From Clostridiales bacterium (GTDB lineage: Bacteria > Bacillota > Clostridia > Oscillospirales > Oscillospiraceae): 20,087 nucleotides of DNA. The notes under the pieces were generated by a model that ran no database searches, was not told the DNA's origin, and worked only from the letters and a program-made list of their open reading frames with translations. Location: NCBI GenBank assembly GCA_019415645.1, contig DXYV01000031.1:14061-34147 (forward strand), read 5' to 3'. Below, in pieces: positions 1 to 8,223 of the stretch (the first letter of the stretch is position 1; every line of letters starts with the position of its first letter). Made by a program: the position numbers and the translations under genes.

Positions 1-192
1 TGCCCATCCGCTCCGGTCCATCCGCGCTGCTCACGACGGCTCGGGCGCTTCTCCTTGTCACGCCTCGCCTGTTCGCGACGCGCGGCTTCCCTCCGACTCC
101 GGGCAAACCCGGCGCGCCCCTTGGCCGCTCCTGAGCTTTGCCCATCCGCTCCGGTCCATCCGCGCTGCTCACGACGGCTCGGGCGCTTCTCC
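1..192. repeat. Two tandem copies (1-54 and 131-184) of a ~54-nt block 'CCCATCCGCTCCGGTCCATCCGCGCTGCTCACGACGGCTCGGGCGCTTCTCC'. Between them lie a 'TTGTCACGCCTCGCCTGTTCGCGACGCG' block and a 'CTTCCCTCCGACTCCGGGCAAACCCGGCGCGCC' block. The element belongs to the mosaic intergenic repeat family also seen at 1690-1965 and 17140-17320.
   Basis: I aligned the sequence against itself by eye. Positions 1-54 and 131-184 are near-identical. The sub-blocks recur at 1736-1787, 1861-1960 and 17147-17310. The element ends exactly at the dnaB stop codon (193-195). Confidence 0.8.
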
Positions 193-1545
193 TCAATATT
201 CCTCCGGCTGGTAGGCCAGATTGCGGAAGGTGGTAAACTCCGGCCGCCACTCCAGATAGACGGTGCCGGTCTCGCCGTGGCGGTTCTTGGCCACGATGCA
301 CTCCGCCACATTCTGGTTCTCGCTGTCCTCGTCGTAATAGCCCTCCCGGTACAGGAACATGACGATGTCCGCGTCCTGCTCGATGGCGCCCGACTCGCGC
401 AGGTCGGAGAGCATGGGCCGGCGCTGGGCGCCGGAGCGGTTCTCGCCCGCACGGGAGAGCTGGGACAGGCAGATGACCGGCACCCTCAGCTCCTTGGCCA
501 TCAGCTTCAGGGAACGGGAAATATCCGACACGATCTGCTGCCGGTTCTCATTCCGGTTGGAGGTCCCCCCTGCCGAGGTCATCAGCTGGAGGTAGTCGAT
601 GACCACCAGGCCCAGGTCCTTGATTCGGCGGCATTTGGCGTTCATATCGGCCACCGACAGGTTGGAATCGTCGTCGATGTAGATGCGCGACTGGCTCAGG
701 GCCGCCACCGCCGTGGCCACGCGGGTCCAGTCCTCCGCACCGTCCAGCCGGCCGGTGAGCAGCTTTTTGTTGTCCAGGAAACACTCGCTGGAAATCAGGC
801 GCATGCCCAGCTGCTCCCGGCTCATTTCCAGGGAGAAGATGGCCACGCTCTTGCCGCTGTGCTTGCCCGCCTCCAGCGCGATGTTCAGGGCCAGTGAGGT
901 TTTTCCCATGGCCGGGCGGGCCGCCAGAATCAGCAGGTCGGATTCGTTCAGGCCGGAGATGCGCCGGTCCAGGTCGATCAGGCCGGTGGACAGGCCGGGA
1001 AACTCCTTGCCGTTTGCCTGCCGCTCCTTAAGCTGCTCCCACACCTTGCTCAGCACGGACGCGATGTGCTCCACGCCCTGGGCCGCCCGGCCCTGCCGGA
1101 TGGCGTAAATGCGCTGCTCCGCCACCTCCAGAATCTGGTTGGAGGTGCCGCTCTCGCTGCGCACCATCTCGGTCAGTTCACCGGCCGTCTCTCCGATTCG
1201 GCGGAGGATGGCCTTATCCTTGACGATGTCCGCGTACTCCAGCACGTTGGCCGCCGTCGGGGTGATCTCCATGAGCTGGCGCAGGTAACCCACGGTACTC
1301 TTTTCCTCGTAGACCCCCGCCCGCTTCATCTCCTCCACCACCGTCACCGGGTCGATGGTCTGGAAGCGGCTGAACATGGCGTAGAGCACCTCGTAAATCT
1401 CCCGGTTCTGCCGCAAATAAAAATCGTCGGGCAGCAGCCGGTCAATCACGTCGGGCACGCAGCGCTCGTCGATGAGCATGGAGCCCAGCACGGCCTGCTC
1501 CGCTTCCACCGAGTGGGGCATCTGCATGGTATTCAGTTCATCCAT
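193..1545 (-). CDS. dnaB: Replicative DNA helicase DnaB. The start was moved to the ATG at 1545 (protein begins MDELNTMQMPHSVEAEQAVLG), which has a GGAGG RBS 9 nt upstream on the minus strand.
   Basis: The N-terminus is DnaB-like ('SVEAEQAVLGSMLID'). There is a Walker A motif ('AARPAMGKTSLALNIA'), and the length and C-terminal RecA-like fold motifs fit. It lies downstream of rplI, as in the conserved Firmicutes synteny. Confidence 0.93.
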   Translation of the reverse strand: MDELNTMQMPHSVEAEQAVLGSMLIDERCVPDVIDRLLPDDFYLRQNREIYEVLYAMFSRFQTIDPVTVVEEMKRAGVYEEKSTVGYLRQLMEITPTAANVLEYADIVKDKAILRRIGETAGELTEMVRSESGTSNQILEVAEQRIYAIRQGRAAQGVEHIASVLSKVWEQLKERQANGKEFPGLSTGLIDLDRRISGLNESDLLILAARPAMGKTSLALNIALEAGKHSGKSVAIFSLEMSREQLGMRLISSECFLDNKKLLTGRLDGAEDWTRVATAVAALSQSRIYIDDDSNLSVADMNAKCRRIKDLGLVVIDYLQLMTSAGGTSNRNENRQQIVSDISRSLKLMAKELRVPVICLSQLSRAGENRSGAQRRPMLSDLRESGAIEQDADIVMFLYREGYYDEDSENQNVAECIVAKNRHGETGTVYLEWRPEFTTFRNLAYQPEEY

Positions 1546-1689
1546 CCATTTCTGCCTCCTCTCGCCCCACACGTCCAAATTCTGCATGCTCCGGCACCCC
1601 AGTACCCACAACTGTTCTGGGGGCAGGCATTGTAACTTGTCAGGGCACCAGGCGTGCCTGGCCCGGTGCTGTTGGGAAAGTCGCATGTA

Positions 1690-1965
1690 CGGACCTTCGG
1701 TCCGTTTGTTCCGCTCCGCGTCTTAACCCGCTGTGCGCGACGGCTCAGCACTTTTGCGCTGTCACGCTTCGCCTGTTCGCGACGCGGTCAGAAGGGAGTT
1801 GCTCCGCGGCTTGCTGCTCGGGCCTTCGGCCCTGTGCTGCTCGCCGTCTGCGCAAGCCCTTCTGCCGCTGCTCACGACGGCTCAGCGCTTCTGCATTGTC
1901 ACGCTCGGATTGGGCGCATAGCCGGGTCGCCTTCCCTCCGTCTCGGGCTGGTGTCCAGGGCGCAA
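1690..1965. repeat. A second locus of the mosaic repeat family, inside the rplI-dnaB spacer. It contains S1-like blocks (about 1693-1755 and 1861-1915), an S2-like block (about 1756-1787) and an S3-like block (about 1921-1960).
   Basis: 'GGTCCGTTTGTTCCGCTCCGCGTCTTAACCCGCTGTGCGCGACGGCTCAGCACTTTTGCGCTGTCACGCTTCGCCTGTTCGCGACGCGG' matches 17249-17310 plus 17149-17194 at roughly 85-90% identity. 'GCTGCTCACGACGGCTCAGCGCTTCTGC' matches 25-50 and 155-180. Confidence 0.8.
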
Positions 1966-2026
1966 GCGCCCTTCCCCTCGCCCTCGCTCCGGTCCAGACT
2001 CCCCTATGCGCCTATCCTCGCGCTTC

Positions 2027-2476
2027 TTATTTTTCCTCGGCGACCACGACATAGACCGTCCCGACCACCTCATAGCCCAGCTTGGCCTTGAGCTGGTAGG
2101 TGCCGAAGGTCTTGATGGGCTCCTCCTGGACGATCTTGCTCTTGTTGATCTCGATCCCGTACTGGGCCTTCAGACCCTCGGCGATCTCCTTGGAGGTCAC
2201 CGCGCCGAACAGCCGGCCGCCGGTGCCCGCTTTGGCGCTGATCTTGACCACGCTCTCCTTGAGCTTCTCGGCCACCGCCTCGGCCTCCGCCTTTTCGGCG
2301 GCCTCCTTGGCCTTGCGGGCCTTTTCCTGGAGCTTCATGGTGTTGACGTTGTCGGCGTTGGCCTCCACGGCCAGCTTGCGGGGCAGCAGGAAATTGCGGG
2401 CGTATCCGTCGGATACCTCCACCATCTGTCCCTTTTTGCCCTGACCTTTCACGTCCTGCTGTAAAATCACTTTCAT
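2027..2476 (-). CDS. rplI: 50S ribosomal protein L9
   Basis: The translation 'MKVILQQDVKGQGKKGQMVEVSDGYARNFLLPRKLAVEA...' is canonical L9. It is 149 aa and sits between gdpP and dnaB. There is an AGGAAG RBS upstream. Confidence 0.95.
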   Translation of the reverse strand: MKVILQQDVKGQGKKGQMVEVSDGYARNFLLPRKLAVEANADNVNTMKLQEKARKAKEAAEKAEAEAVAEKLKESVVKISAKAGTGGRLFGAVTSKEIAEGLKAQYGIEINKSKIVQEEPIKTFGTYQLKAKLGYEVVGTVYVVVAEEK

Positions 2477-2550
2477 GGTGTTTGCTTCCTTTCTTTCCCT
2501 CTTGGGATGGTCTTATGCGCCTGGCCGGGCAGCCCGCCGGCGCTTCCCGA

Positions 2551-4557
2551 TTATTCGGAGTTTTCCTCCGAAGCAAAGTAGTTGTCAATGGCCGCGATCA
2601 ACTCCCGGGTCACTTCCTCCACGCTCTTGCCGCTGATCTGGGCTCCGGCCACTGCGGCGTTGCCGCCGCCGCCCAGCGCCTCCAGAATCACCTGGACATT
2701 GGTGCTGCCCGAACTGCGGGCGGACATGATGACCCGCTCGCCGGCGGGGAACAGCACAAATGATGCGTCGATTCCCGTGATGTTCAGCAGCTCGTCCGAG
2801 GCCTGGGCCGCCGTGACCCGGTCCACCGTGTGGTCCAGGGGCGCGATGGCGATGGTCCCGTGATACATCCGGGCACTGCGCAGGATGTCATAGCGGGCCA
2901 GCGTACCGGCCAGGTCATTCTGGAAATACTTTTTCACCTCGCCGGTGTCCGCCCCGGAGCGGCGCAGGAAAGCCGCCGCCTCAAAGGTACGTCCGCCGGT
3001 GCGGCTGGTGAAGTTTTTGGTGTCCAGCATGATACCTGCCATCAGGGCCTCGGCCTCCCCTTTGAGCAGATCCGCCGGCTCCATGATGTAGCTGATGAGC
3101 TCGGTCACCAGCTCGGAGGCGGAGGAGGCATAGGGCTCGTGGAAATTGAGGGCCGCGCCCTCGATATAGGTGGCCGCCCGGCGGTGGTGGTCGATGACCG
3201 CCACCTTGTTGCACGACTCCAGCAGCTCCCGGGAAGAGACCTGCTCCGGCCGGTTGGTGTCCACCACTACCAGCAGGGAGTTGGAGTCGGCCTTGATCAT
3301 GGCGTCCTGCTCGTTGAGGAAGGTATCCTGATATTCCGGCATCCCCTTGAGCCGCTTGGCCAGGCCGCTGGCCGGATTCTGGCCGTTTTCCTCGATGATA
3401 TAGGCCTTGACGCCCCGCTTGCGGGCCACGGCGCACACGCCGGCGGCGGCCCCCAGGCAGTCCATGTCCGGGAAGCTGTGTCCCATAACGAACAGACAGG
3501 ACGCGTCGGCCACCAGCTCCCCCAGGGCGGAGGCCATGACCCGGCTCTTGACCTTGGTGCGCTTTTCGGTCTCCTTGCTGCGTCCGCCATAGAACTCAAA
3601 GGTAAAGCGGTTCTTGACCACCGCCTGGTCTCCGCCCCGGGAGAGGGCCATTTCCAGGGAGAGGGCGGCGTTCTGGTAGAGCTGCTGATAGTCGTCGGCG
3701 TCCACGCCCACGCCCACCGACAGGGTCACGGGAATCCCGCTGGGGCTGACGATGGCGTGGATCTTATCCAGCACGGAAAACTTCTCCGCCACGAACTTCT
3801 TCAGATACTGCTCCTCAAACACAAACAGGTATCGGTCCCGGTCCAGGCGGCAGAACATACCGTTGGTCCCCGCGATCCAGGCGTTGAACTCCGCCACGAT
3901 GTCGCTGAGGATTCGGGCCCGCACGTTCTCGTCGATTCCCTTGAGGGTGTCCTCATAGTTGTCCAGCAGCAGCAGCGCCACCACCGGGCGGGTGGCCTGA
4001 AAAATTTCCTTGGTCTCGGAATACTCCGTCACGTCCAGCCAATAGGTGGTGGCCAGGAAGCTGCTCTGTCCCCCGCGGTCCTGGGTCCGGGCCAGATGGC
4101 CGTAGACCCGGAAACGGCGGCCGTTCACCACGACCTCCTCCGGACACTCGCTCTTTCCCTCCATCAGCCAGCGGCTGTCAAAGTTGGGCACCGCAGCGGC
4201 CATCTTGGTGTCAAAAATGTGCTCTTTGGCTCCGGAAATGGCCAGAAAGCGGTCGTTGGTCCACACCACGTCGTCGGTCTCCGGCTGGAACATGACCACC
4301 GGCATGGGGCAGTTGAGCATAGTATCCTTGGCCGCCAGGTCCACGTTGCCGGCCAGCTTTTCCAGATAGCGTTCCGCTTCCTTCCGGCGCCGGGCCGTGG
4401 AGCGGCGGTAAAACAGATAGAGCACCAGGATGACGACCAGCTCCACACCGGCCAGCCAGTAGTCGCCCTGAAGCGCGGCAGCGGCCGCAAACAGCAGCAG
4501 GCACAGGAAATACAGCCCGAACCGCGGCGCCAGCATGGAAGATAATTTTTGATTCAC
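2551..4557 (-). CDS. gdpP: Cyclic-di-AMP phosphodiesterase GdpP (YybT), DHH/DHHA1 family. It has two N-terminal TM helices, a PAS-like region, a degenerate GGDEF region, and DHH-DHHA1 domains.
   Basis: It is 668 aa. The N-terminus is hydrophobic ('MLAPRFGLYFLCLLLFAAAAAL...VVILVLYLFY'). There is a DHH motif ('VIDHHRR') and a GGGN motif near the C-terminus. The gdpP-rplI-dnaB gene order is conserved in Firmicutes. Confidence 0.9.
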   Translation of the reverse strand: MNQKLSSMLAPRFGLYFLCLLLFAAAAALQGDYWLAGVELVVILVLYLFYRRSTARRRKEAERYLEKLAGNVDLAAKDTMLNCPMPVVMFQPETDDVVWTNDRFLAISGAKEHIFDTKMAAAVPNFDSRWLMEGKSECPEEVVVNGRRFRVYGHLARTQDRGGQSSFLATTYWLDVTEYSETKEIFQATRPVVALLLLDNYEDTLKGIDENVRARILSDIVAEFNAWIAGTNGMFCRLDRDRYLFVFEEQYLKKFVAEKFSVLDKIHAIVSPSGIPVTLSVGVGVDADDYQQLYQNAALSLEMALSRGGDQAVVKNRFTFEFYGGRSKETEKRTKVKSRVMASALGELVADASCLFVMGHSFPDMDCLGAAAGVCAVARKRGVKAYIIEENGQNPASGLAKRLKGMPEYQDTFLNEQDAMIKADSNSLLVVVDTNRPEQVSSRELLESCNKVAVIDHHRRAATYIEGAALNFHEPYASSASELVTELISYIMEPADLLKGEAEALMAGIMLDTKNFTSRTGGRTFEAAAFLRRSGADTGEVKKYFQNDLAGTLARYDILRSARMYHGTIAIAPLDHTVDRVTAAQASDELLNITGIDASFVLFPAGERVIMSARSSGSTNVQVILEALGGGGNAAVAGAQISGKSVEEVTRELIAAIDNYFASEENSE

Positions 4558-4617
4558 ATCCTCACCTCACGTTCCGTGGGCAGACCGCCCATTTCTGCGC
4601 AGTCTGGTAGATGTTAT

Positions 4618-4646
4618 ATTATATCAAATCCCCCCGCTCCGCGCAA
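4618..4646 (-). promoter_or_regulatory. Candidate sigma-A promoter for the gdpP-rplI(-dnaB) transcript: TTGCGC-17-TATAAT, read on the minus strand.
   Basis: On the minus strand the sequence reads 'cacTTGCGCggagcgggggatttgaTATAATataac'. It sits about 60-90 nt upstream of the gdpP start. The surrounding stretch is AT-rich in an otherwise GC-rich region. Confidence 0.45.
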
Positions 4647-4744
4647 GTGCTTCCTCCGAAAGCCGCGGCTCATTTTACAGGGCTGTCCGTCCGGTTTTTC
4701 GCAAAAAAAGCGGGTTTCCGGACGGAAATTCATGCAATTCGCCG

Positions 4745-4773
4745 TTGCACATTTCAAGGCAGACTGCTATAAT
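4745..4773 (+). promoter_or_regulatory. Candidate sigma-A promoter for ilvE: TTGCAC-17-TATAAT
   Basis: 'gTTGCACatttcaaggcagactgcTATAATgaatgg'. The -10 element lies about 40 nt upstream of the ilvE ATG, and an AGGAGG RBS is at 4797-4802. Confidence 0.55.
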
Positions 4774-4811
4774 GAATGGCATCCACACTAAGAGATAGGA
4801 GGCTTTTTGTC

Positions 4812-5876
4812 ATGGAAGAACTGAAAGTGACAAAGGCGACCACACGTAAGCCCCATCCCGCGCCCGAGACTCTGGTGTTCGGCAAGACCTTTACCGACCA
4901 CATGTTCCTGTGGAACTACGACGCCGGGCAGGGCTGGCACGACCCCCGCATCGTTCCCTACGGCCCGCTGGAGCTGGAGCCCTCCGCCATGGTGTTCCAC
5001 TACGCTCAGGAGGTCTTTGAGGGTCTGAAAGCCTACCGCACTCCCGAGGGCAAAATCCAGCTGTTCCGGCCCATGGATAACATCAAGCGTCTGAACTCCT
5101 CCTGTGAGCGGCTCTGCATCCCCCAGCTGCCTGAGGAAGACACGCTCTCCTATCTCAAGGCCCTGATCGACCTGGAGCGGGACTGGGTGCCCGACCAGAT
5201 CGGCACCTCCCTGTATATCCGCCCCTTCATCATTGCTACCGACGCCTCCCTGGGCGTCCACGCCTCCCACAGCTATCTGTTCTGCATCATTCTCTCCCCG
5301 GTGGGCGCCTATTACGCCGAGGGCATCAACCCGGTGAAGATCTATGTGGAGAACGACGACGTGCGCGCCGTCCGGGGCGGCATGGGCTATGCCAAGACCG
5401 GCGGCAACTACGCCGCCTCCATCCGCGCCGGTGAGAAGGCGGAGCAGGTGGGCTACTCCCAGGTGCTCTGGCTGGACGGCGTCCACCGCAAGTACGTGGA
5501 GGAAGTGGGCTCCATGAACGTGCTGTTCAAAATCGACGGCACCGTGGTCACCCCCAAGCTGACCGGCTCCGTGCTGCCCGGTATCACCCGCAAGACCTGC
5601 CTGGACCTGCTGCGGGACTGGGGCGTGCCCACCCAGGAGCGTCTCATCACCGCCGAGGAGCTCTTTGATGCCGGCGAGCAGGGTAAGCTGGAGGAGGCCT
5701 TCGGCTCCGGCACCGCCGCCGTCATCTCCCCCATCGGCGAGCTGGCCTGGAACGACCGCAAGGTCATCGTCAACGACGGCAAGATCGGCAACCTGACCCA
5801 GAAGCTCTATGACACCATCACCGGTATCCAGTGGGGCACCGAGCCCGACCCCTACGGCTGGACCATGGAGGTCTGA
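4812..5876 (+). CDS. ilvE: Branched-chain amino acid aminotransferase (class IV PLP enzyme). The start was moved to the ATG at 4812 (protein begins MEELKVTKA), which has an AGGAGG RBS.
   Basis: It has 'FGKTFTDHMF', 'EVFEGLKAYR' and 'YIRPFIIATD' motifs typical of BCAT, and it ends '...GWTMEV'. It is about 354 aa. Confidence 0.9.
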   Translation: MEELKVTKATTRKPHPAPETLVFGKTFTDHMFLWNYDAGQGWHDPRIVPYGPLELEPSAMVFHYAQEVFEGLKAYRTPEGKIQLFRPMDNIKRLNSSCERLCIPQLPEEDTLSYLKALIDLERDWVPDQIGTSLYIRPFIIATDASLGVHASHSYLFCIILSPVGAYYAEGINPVKIYVENDDVRAVRGGMGYAKTGGNYAASIRAGEKAEQVGYSQVLWLDGVHRKYVEEVGSMNVLFKIDGTVVTPKLTGSVLPGITRKTCLDLLRDWGVPTQERLITAEELFDAGEQGKLEEAFGSGTAAVISPIGELAWNDRKVIVNDGKIGNLTQKLYDTITGIQWGTEPDPYGWTMEV

Positions 5877-5894
5877 GCGTTCCCTTCCGACAAC

Positions 5895-5924
5895 AGCGCC
5901 CGGTATCGTTTGATACCGGGCGCT
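5895..5924. terminator. Bidirectional intrinsic terminator hairpin between the convergent genes ilvE (+) and spoIIP (-).
   Basis: There is a 13-bp perfect stem, AGCGCCCGGTATC / GATACCGGGCGCT, with loop GTTTG. It is followed by 'TTCGCGTGTTTCGG' on the plus strand and preceded by 'TTGTCGGAAGGGAA' on the complement. Confidence 0.6.
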
Positions 5925-5941
5925 TTCGCGTGTTTCGGGAC

Positions 5942-7102
5942 TCAGGAGGCGATCTTCGTCTGAAATACCTCTGCCATGGACTGGGCGAACAGCCGCGCCG
6001 CCGCCAGGGCCTCCTGAAGGGTATTGCCGTGGGTCCCCACCTCCACCAGCAGAGAGCCGGGGGTCAGCTGCTGGTTGAACCGGGAGGAACGCACCACGAT
6101 GGGCCGGGCCAGGGTGGGGTAGTCGGCATTCACCTGGTGCTGCACCTCCACCGCCAGAGCCAGATTCTGCCGCCAGTTGTCGTGGGTCTGCCCCCCCGCG
6201 TCGGTGCCCACCACCAGCATACACTGGGCCACCTTCTCCCCGTTCACCTCCGCCGCGGTCTTGTACACGGTGCCGTCCTCCGCCTCCAGCGCGTCCCGGT
6301 GGACATCCAGCACGATCTGGATGGTGGGATACTGCTCCAGCCACGCCTCGATGGCCGCTCCGGACCGGGTGTATGCCCCATTATAGGTCGGGTAGTCGTA
6401 GAGCTCCGTGTCGTGGACCACGCCGAAGCCCGCCGCCCGGAACACCTCGGCCATGGCCTCCCCCACCCGCACCATATTGTAGTAGTTGTCCGTGGTGCGG
6501 GCGGTCCCGCTCTCCGTGTAGATGTCGGTGCCGTCCATGGCGTAGGCCTCGGTGGTGTGGCTGTGGATGATCAGAATCTGTGGTTCCTCCGTGTCCCGCA
6601 GGACCACCGGGGAGGGCTCCAGCTTGGTCAGATCCACCTCATAGTCCGTATAATTGCGGGCGTAAACTCCGTCCGCACTGACATAGGCGGTGGAATCGCT
6701 GCCCGTCAGCGTCTGTTCCACGATGTTGGAGGGGGCCGTGGTAGTCTGTACCTCCGCCGTATCCTCCGGGTCCGGGTCGGGCATTTCGCTCTCCCCCGCC
6801 TGAGCCGACAGCGCCGCCACCGCATCCTTCCCCACAGCGAGCAGGGCCGACTGATTCAGCACCATCCGCTCCCATCCCGTCATGCCCGCCAGCGGACCGT
6901 CCTCCGCCACCCGCCCCAGCTCCGCCGTCAGCAGGGCCGCCGTCAGCCTCACGTTGTCTCCCAGGGCTTTCAGCGCGTCGCCCGCTGCGCTGAGATCCGC
7001 CGTCAGCCACAGCATCCAGCCCGTGACGCCGGCCAGGAAGAGCGCCACTGTCCGCCGCACGATTTTTCCCGCTCCGCCCCGTCCGCTTCGTCTCTTTCGC
7101 AT
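5942..7102 (-). CDS. spoIIP: Stage II sporulation protein P (SpoIIP), a cell-wall amidase/peptidase family protein used in engulfment. It has an N-terminal TM anchor.
   Basis: It is 386 aa. An N-terminal basic and hydrophobic anchor is followed by the SpoIIP-like core: 'ILIIHSHTTEAY', 'YNMVRVGEAMAEVFRAAGFGVVHD', 'QIVLDVHRDA' and 'HGNTLQEALAAARLFAQ'. Confidence 0.8.
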   Translation of the reverse strand: MRKRRSGRGGAGKIVRRTVALFLAGVTGWMLWLTADLSAAGDALKALGDNVRLTAALLTAELGRVAEDGPLAGMTGWERMVLNQSALLAVGKDAVAALSAQAGESEMPDPDPEDTAEVQTTTAPSNIVEQTLTGSDSTAYVSADGVYARNYTDYEVDLTKLEPSPVVLRDTEEPQILIIHSHTTEAYAMDGTDIYTESGTARTTDNYYNMVRVGEAMAEVFRAAGFGVVHDTELYDYPTYNGAYTRSGAAIEAWLEQYPTIQIVLDVHRDALEAEDGTVYKTAAEVNGEKVAQCMLVVGTDAGGQTHDNWRQNLALAVEVQHQVNADYPTLARPIVVRSSRFNQQLTPGSLLVEVGTHGNTLQEALAAARLFAQSMAEVFQTKIAS

Positions 7103-7220
7103 ACCACCGCGTCCTTTCCCCGGCGGGACAGGCCGCCGGACCTTTTGTAATGTTCCATCCTATGCGGCGCGCCGGCCGGACATGACAGCCGCATTTCCCA
7201 ATCAGGCGGCAAACTTCCCC

Positions 7221-7249
7221 TTGCTTTTTCCCGTCCTCTCCGGTATAAT
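7221..7249 (+). promoter_or_regulatory. Candidate sigma-A promoter for degV: TTGCTT-17-TATAAT. An AT-rich tract follows.
   Basis: 'cTTGCTTtttcccgtcctctccggTATAATaattaaaatttttt'. It is about 65 nt upstream of the degV ATG, and a GGAGGAG RBS is at 7295-7301. Confidence 0.55.
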
Positions 7250-7313
7250 AATTAAAATTTTTTAATTTTTTGCAGGACCCCGATTCTGGGGCCCGGAGGA
7301 GCCGTTGATCGTT

Positions 7314-8156
7314 ATGGTCCAAATCATTACGGACAGTACCTGCGACTTGGGGCAGGCCCGCGCCCGGGAGCTGGGCATCCGCATTCTTCCCCTGACTGTT
7401 TTCTTTGGCAAAGAGAGCTTTCTCGACGGCGTGGAGCTGACACCGGAGCAGTTTTATACCCGTCTGATTCAAAGTCCGGTCCTGCCCACCACGTCCCAGA
7501 TCAACCCGGACCGCTTCCAGACCGCCTTTCAGGAGGCGCTGGATCAGGGGGACGAGGTGGTGGGCATCTTCCTGTCCTCCGAGCTGTCGGGCACCTATCA
7601 ATCCGCCCGCATCGCCCAGACCATGCTGGATACGCCGGAGCGGGTCCATCTGGTGGACTCCCGCACCGTCACCTTCCCCATGGCCCTGATCGTGGAGGAG
7701 GCCGTCCGCCTGCGGGACGCAGGCGCCTCTGCCGCCGAGATCGCGGCCCAGGCCCGCGGGCTGACCTCCCGCATCCGCCTGCTGGCCGTGCTGGACACGC
7801 TGAAATACCTGAAGCTGGGCGGACGCATCTCCGCCGCCACCGCCGCCGTGGGCGGCCTGCTGGGCGTCACTCCACTGGTGGGCATTGTGGACGGCAAGGT
7901 GGAATCCATCGGCAAGTGCCGGGGCCGCAAGGCGGCCTTCCGCTGGATGAAGGAACGGCTGGAAAAAGAGCCCATCGACTACGCCCGCTGCATCGGCTTT
8001 GGCCACAGCCACTGCCCCGAGGCATTGGAGCAAATCACCACCTATTTTGCCGGCGAAGCCGCCCGGGCCCACCATGTGGTCCAAGGGGAGATCGGCTCGG
8101 TGGTGGGCACCTATGCGGGGCCCGGCGCCACAGGCATCGCCTATTTCACCAAATAA
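7314..8156 (+). CDS. degV: DegV family protein (fatty-acid-binding, EDD fold). The start is the ATG at 7314; the alternative TTG at 7305 is too close to the RBS.
   Basis: 'MVQIITDSTCDL...ILPLTVFFGKESFLDGVELTPEQFY...' is the canonical DegV N-terminus. The gene is about 280 aa and ends '...GIAYFTK'. Confidence 0.9.
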   Translation: MVQIITDSTCDLGQARARELGIRILPLTVFFGKESFLDGVELTPEQFYTRLIQSPVLPTTSQINPDRFQTAFQEALDQGDEVVGIFLSSELSGTYQSARIAQTMLDTPERVHLVDSRTVTFPMALIVEEAVRLRDAGASAAEIAAQARGLTSRIRLLAVLDTLKYLKLGGRISAATAAVGGLLGVTPLVGIVDGKVESIGKCRGRKAAFRWMKERLEKEPIDYARCIGFGHSHCPEALEQITTYFAGEAARAHHVVQGEIGSVVGTYAGPGATGIAYFTK

Positions 8157-8173
8157 CGCCCTCGGGGCATGCA

Positions 8174-8223
8174 GGACGGAGCCGGGACCTATGCAGGTCC
8201 CGGCTCCGTCCCGTGTTTCTCGC
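8174..8223 (+). terminator. Intrinsic terminator after degV
   Basis: There is a 16-bp perfect stem, GGACGGAGCCGGGACC / GGTCCCGGCTCCGTCC, with loop TATGCA. It is followed by 'CGTGTTTCTCGC'. Confidence 0.65.

Noticed and set aside
55-897. A 280-aa plus-strand ORF that starts in the repeat element and runs antisense through dnaB
   Set aside because: It begins inside a non-coding repeat and is antisense to a canonical DnaB. The same holds for the 1066-1635 plus-strand ORF.
1-1965. A CRISPR array or tRNA genes as an explanation for the repeated blocks
   Set aside because: The units are 130-145 bp composite and degenerate, not 25-40-nt exact repeats separated by unique spacers. No cas genes are nearby. 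No cloverleaf, TpsiC (GTTCGAnnC) or anticodon-arm pattern was found in the blocks.
2830-4545. A 571-aa plus-strand ORF that overlaps gdpP antisense
   Set aside because: Its translation is Gly/Arg/His/Pro-rich and low-complexity with no recognisable motifs, which is typical of a spurious antisense ORF in high-GC DNA. The minus-strand frame, in contrast, gives a coherent GdpP with DHH motifs and conserved synteny.
4745-4811. A T-box riboswitch or leader attenuator upstream of ilvE
   Set aside because: Only ~40 nt lie between the -10 element and the start codon. That is too short for a T-box, which needs roughly 250 nt, or for a leader peptide.
4788-6344. A 518-aa minus-strand ORF that is antisense to ilvE and extends into spoIIP
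   Set aside because: It is a Gly/Ala/Arg-rich nonsense translation. The plus-strand ilvE and minus-strand spoIIP frames both carry clear family motifs.
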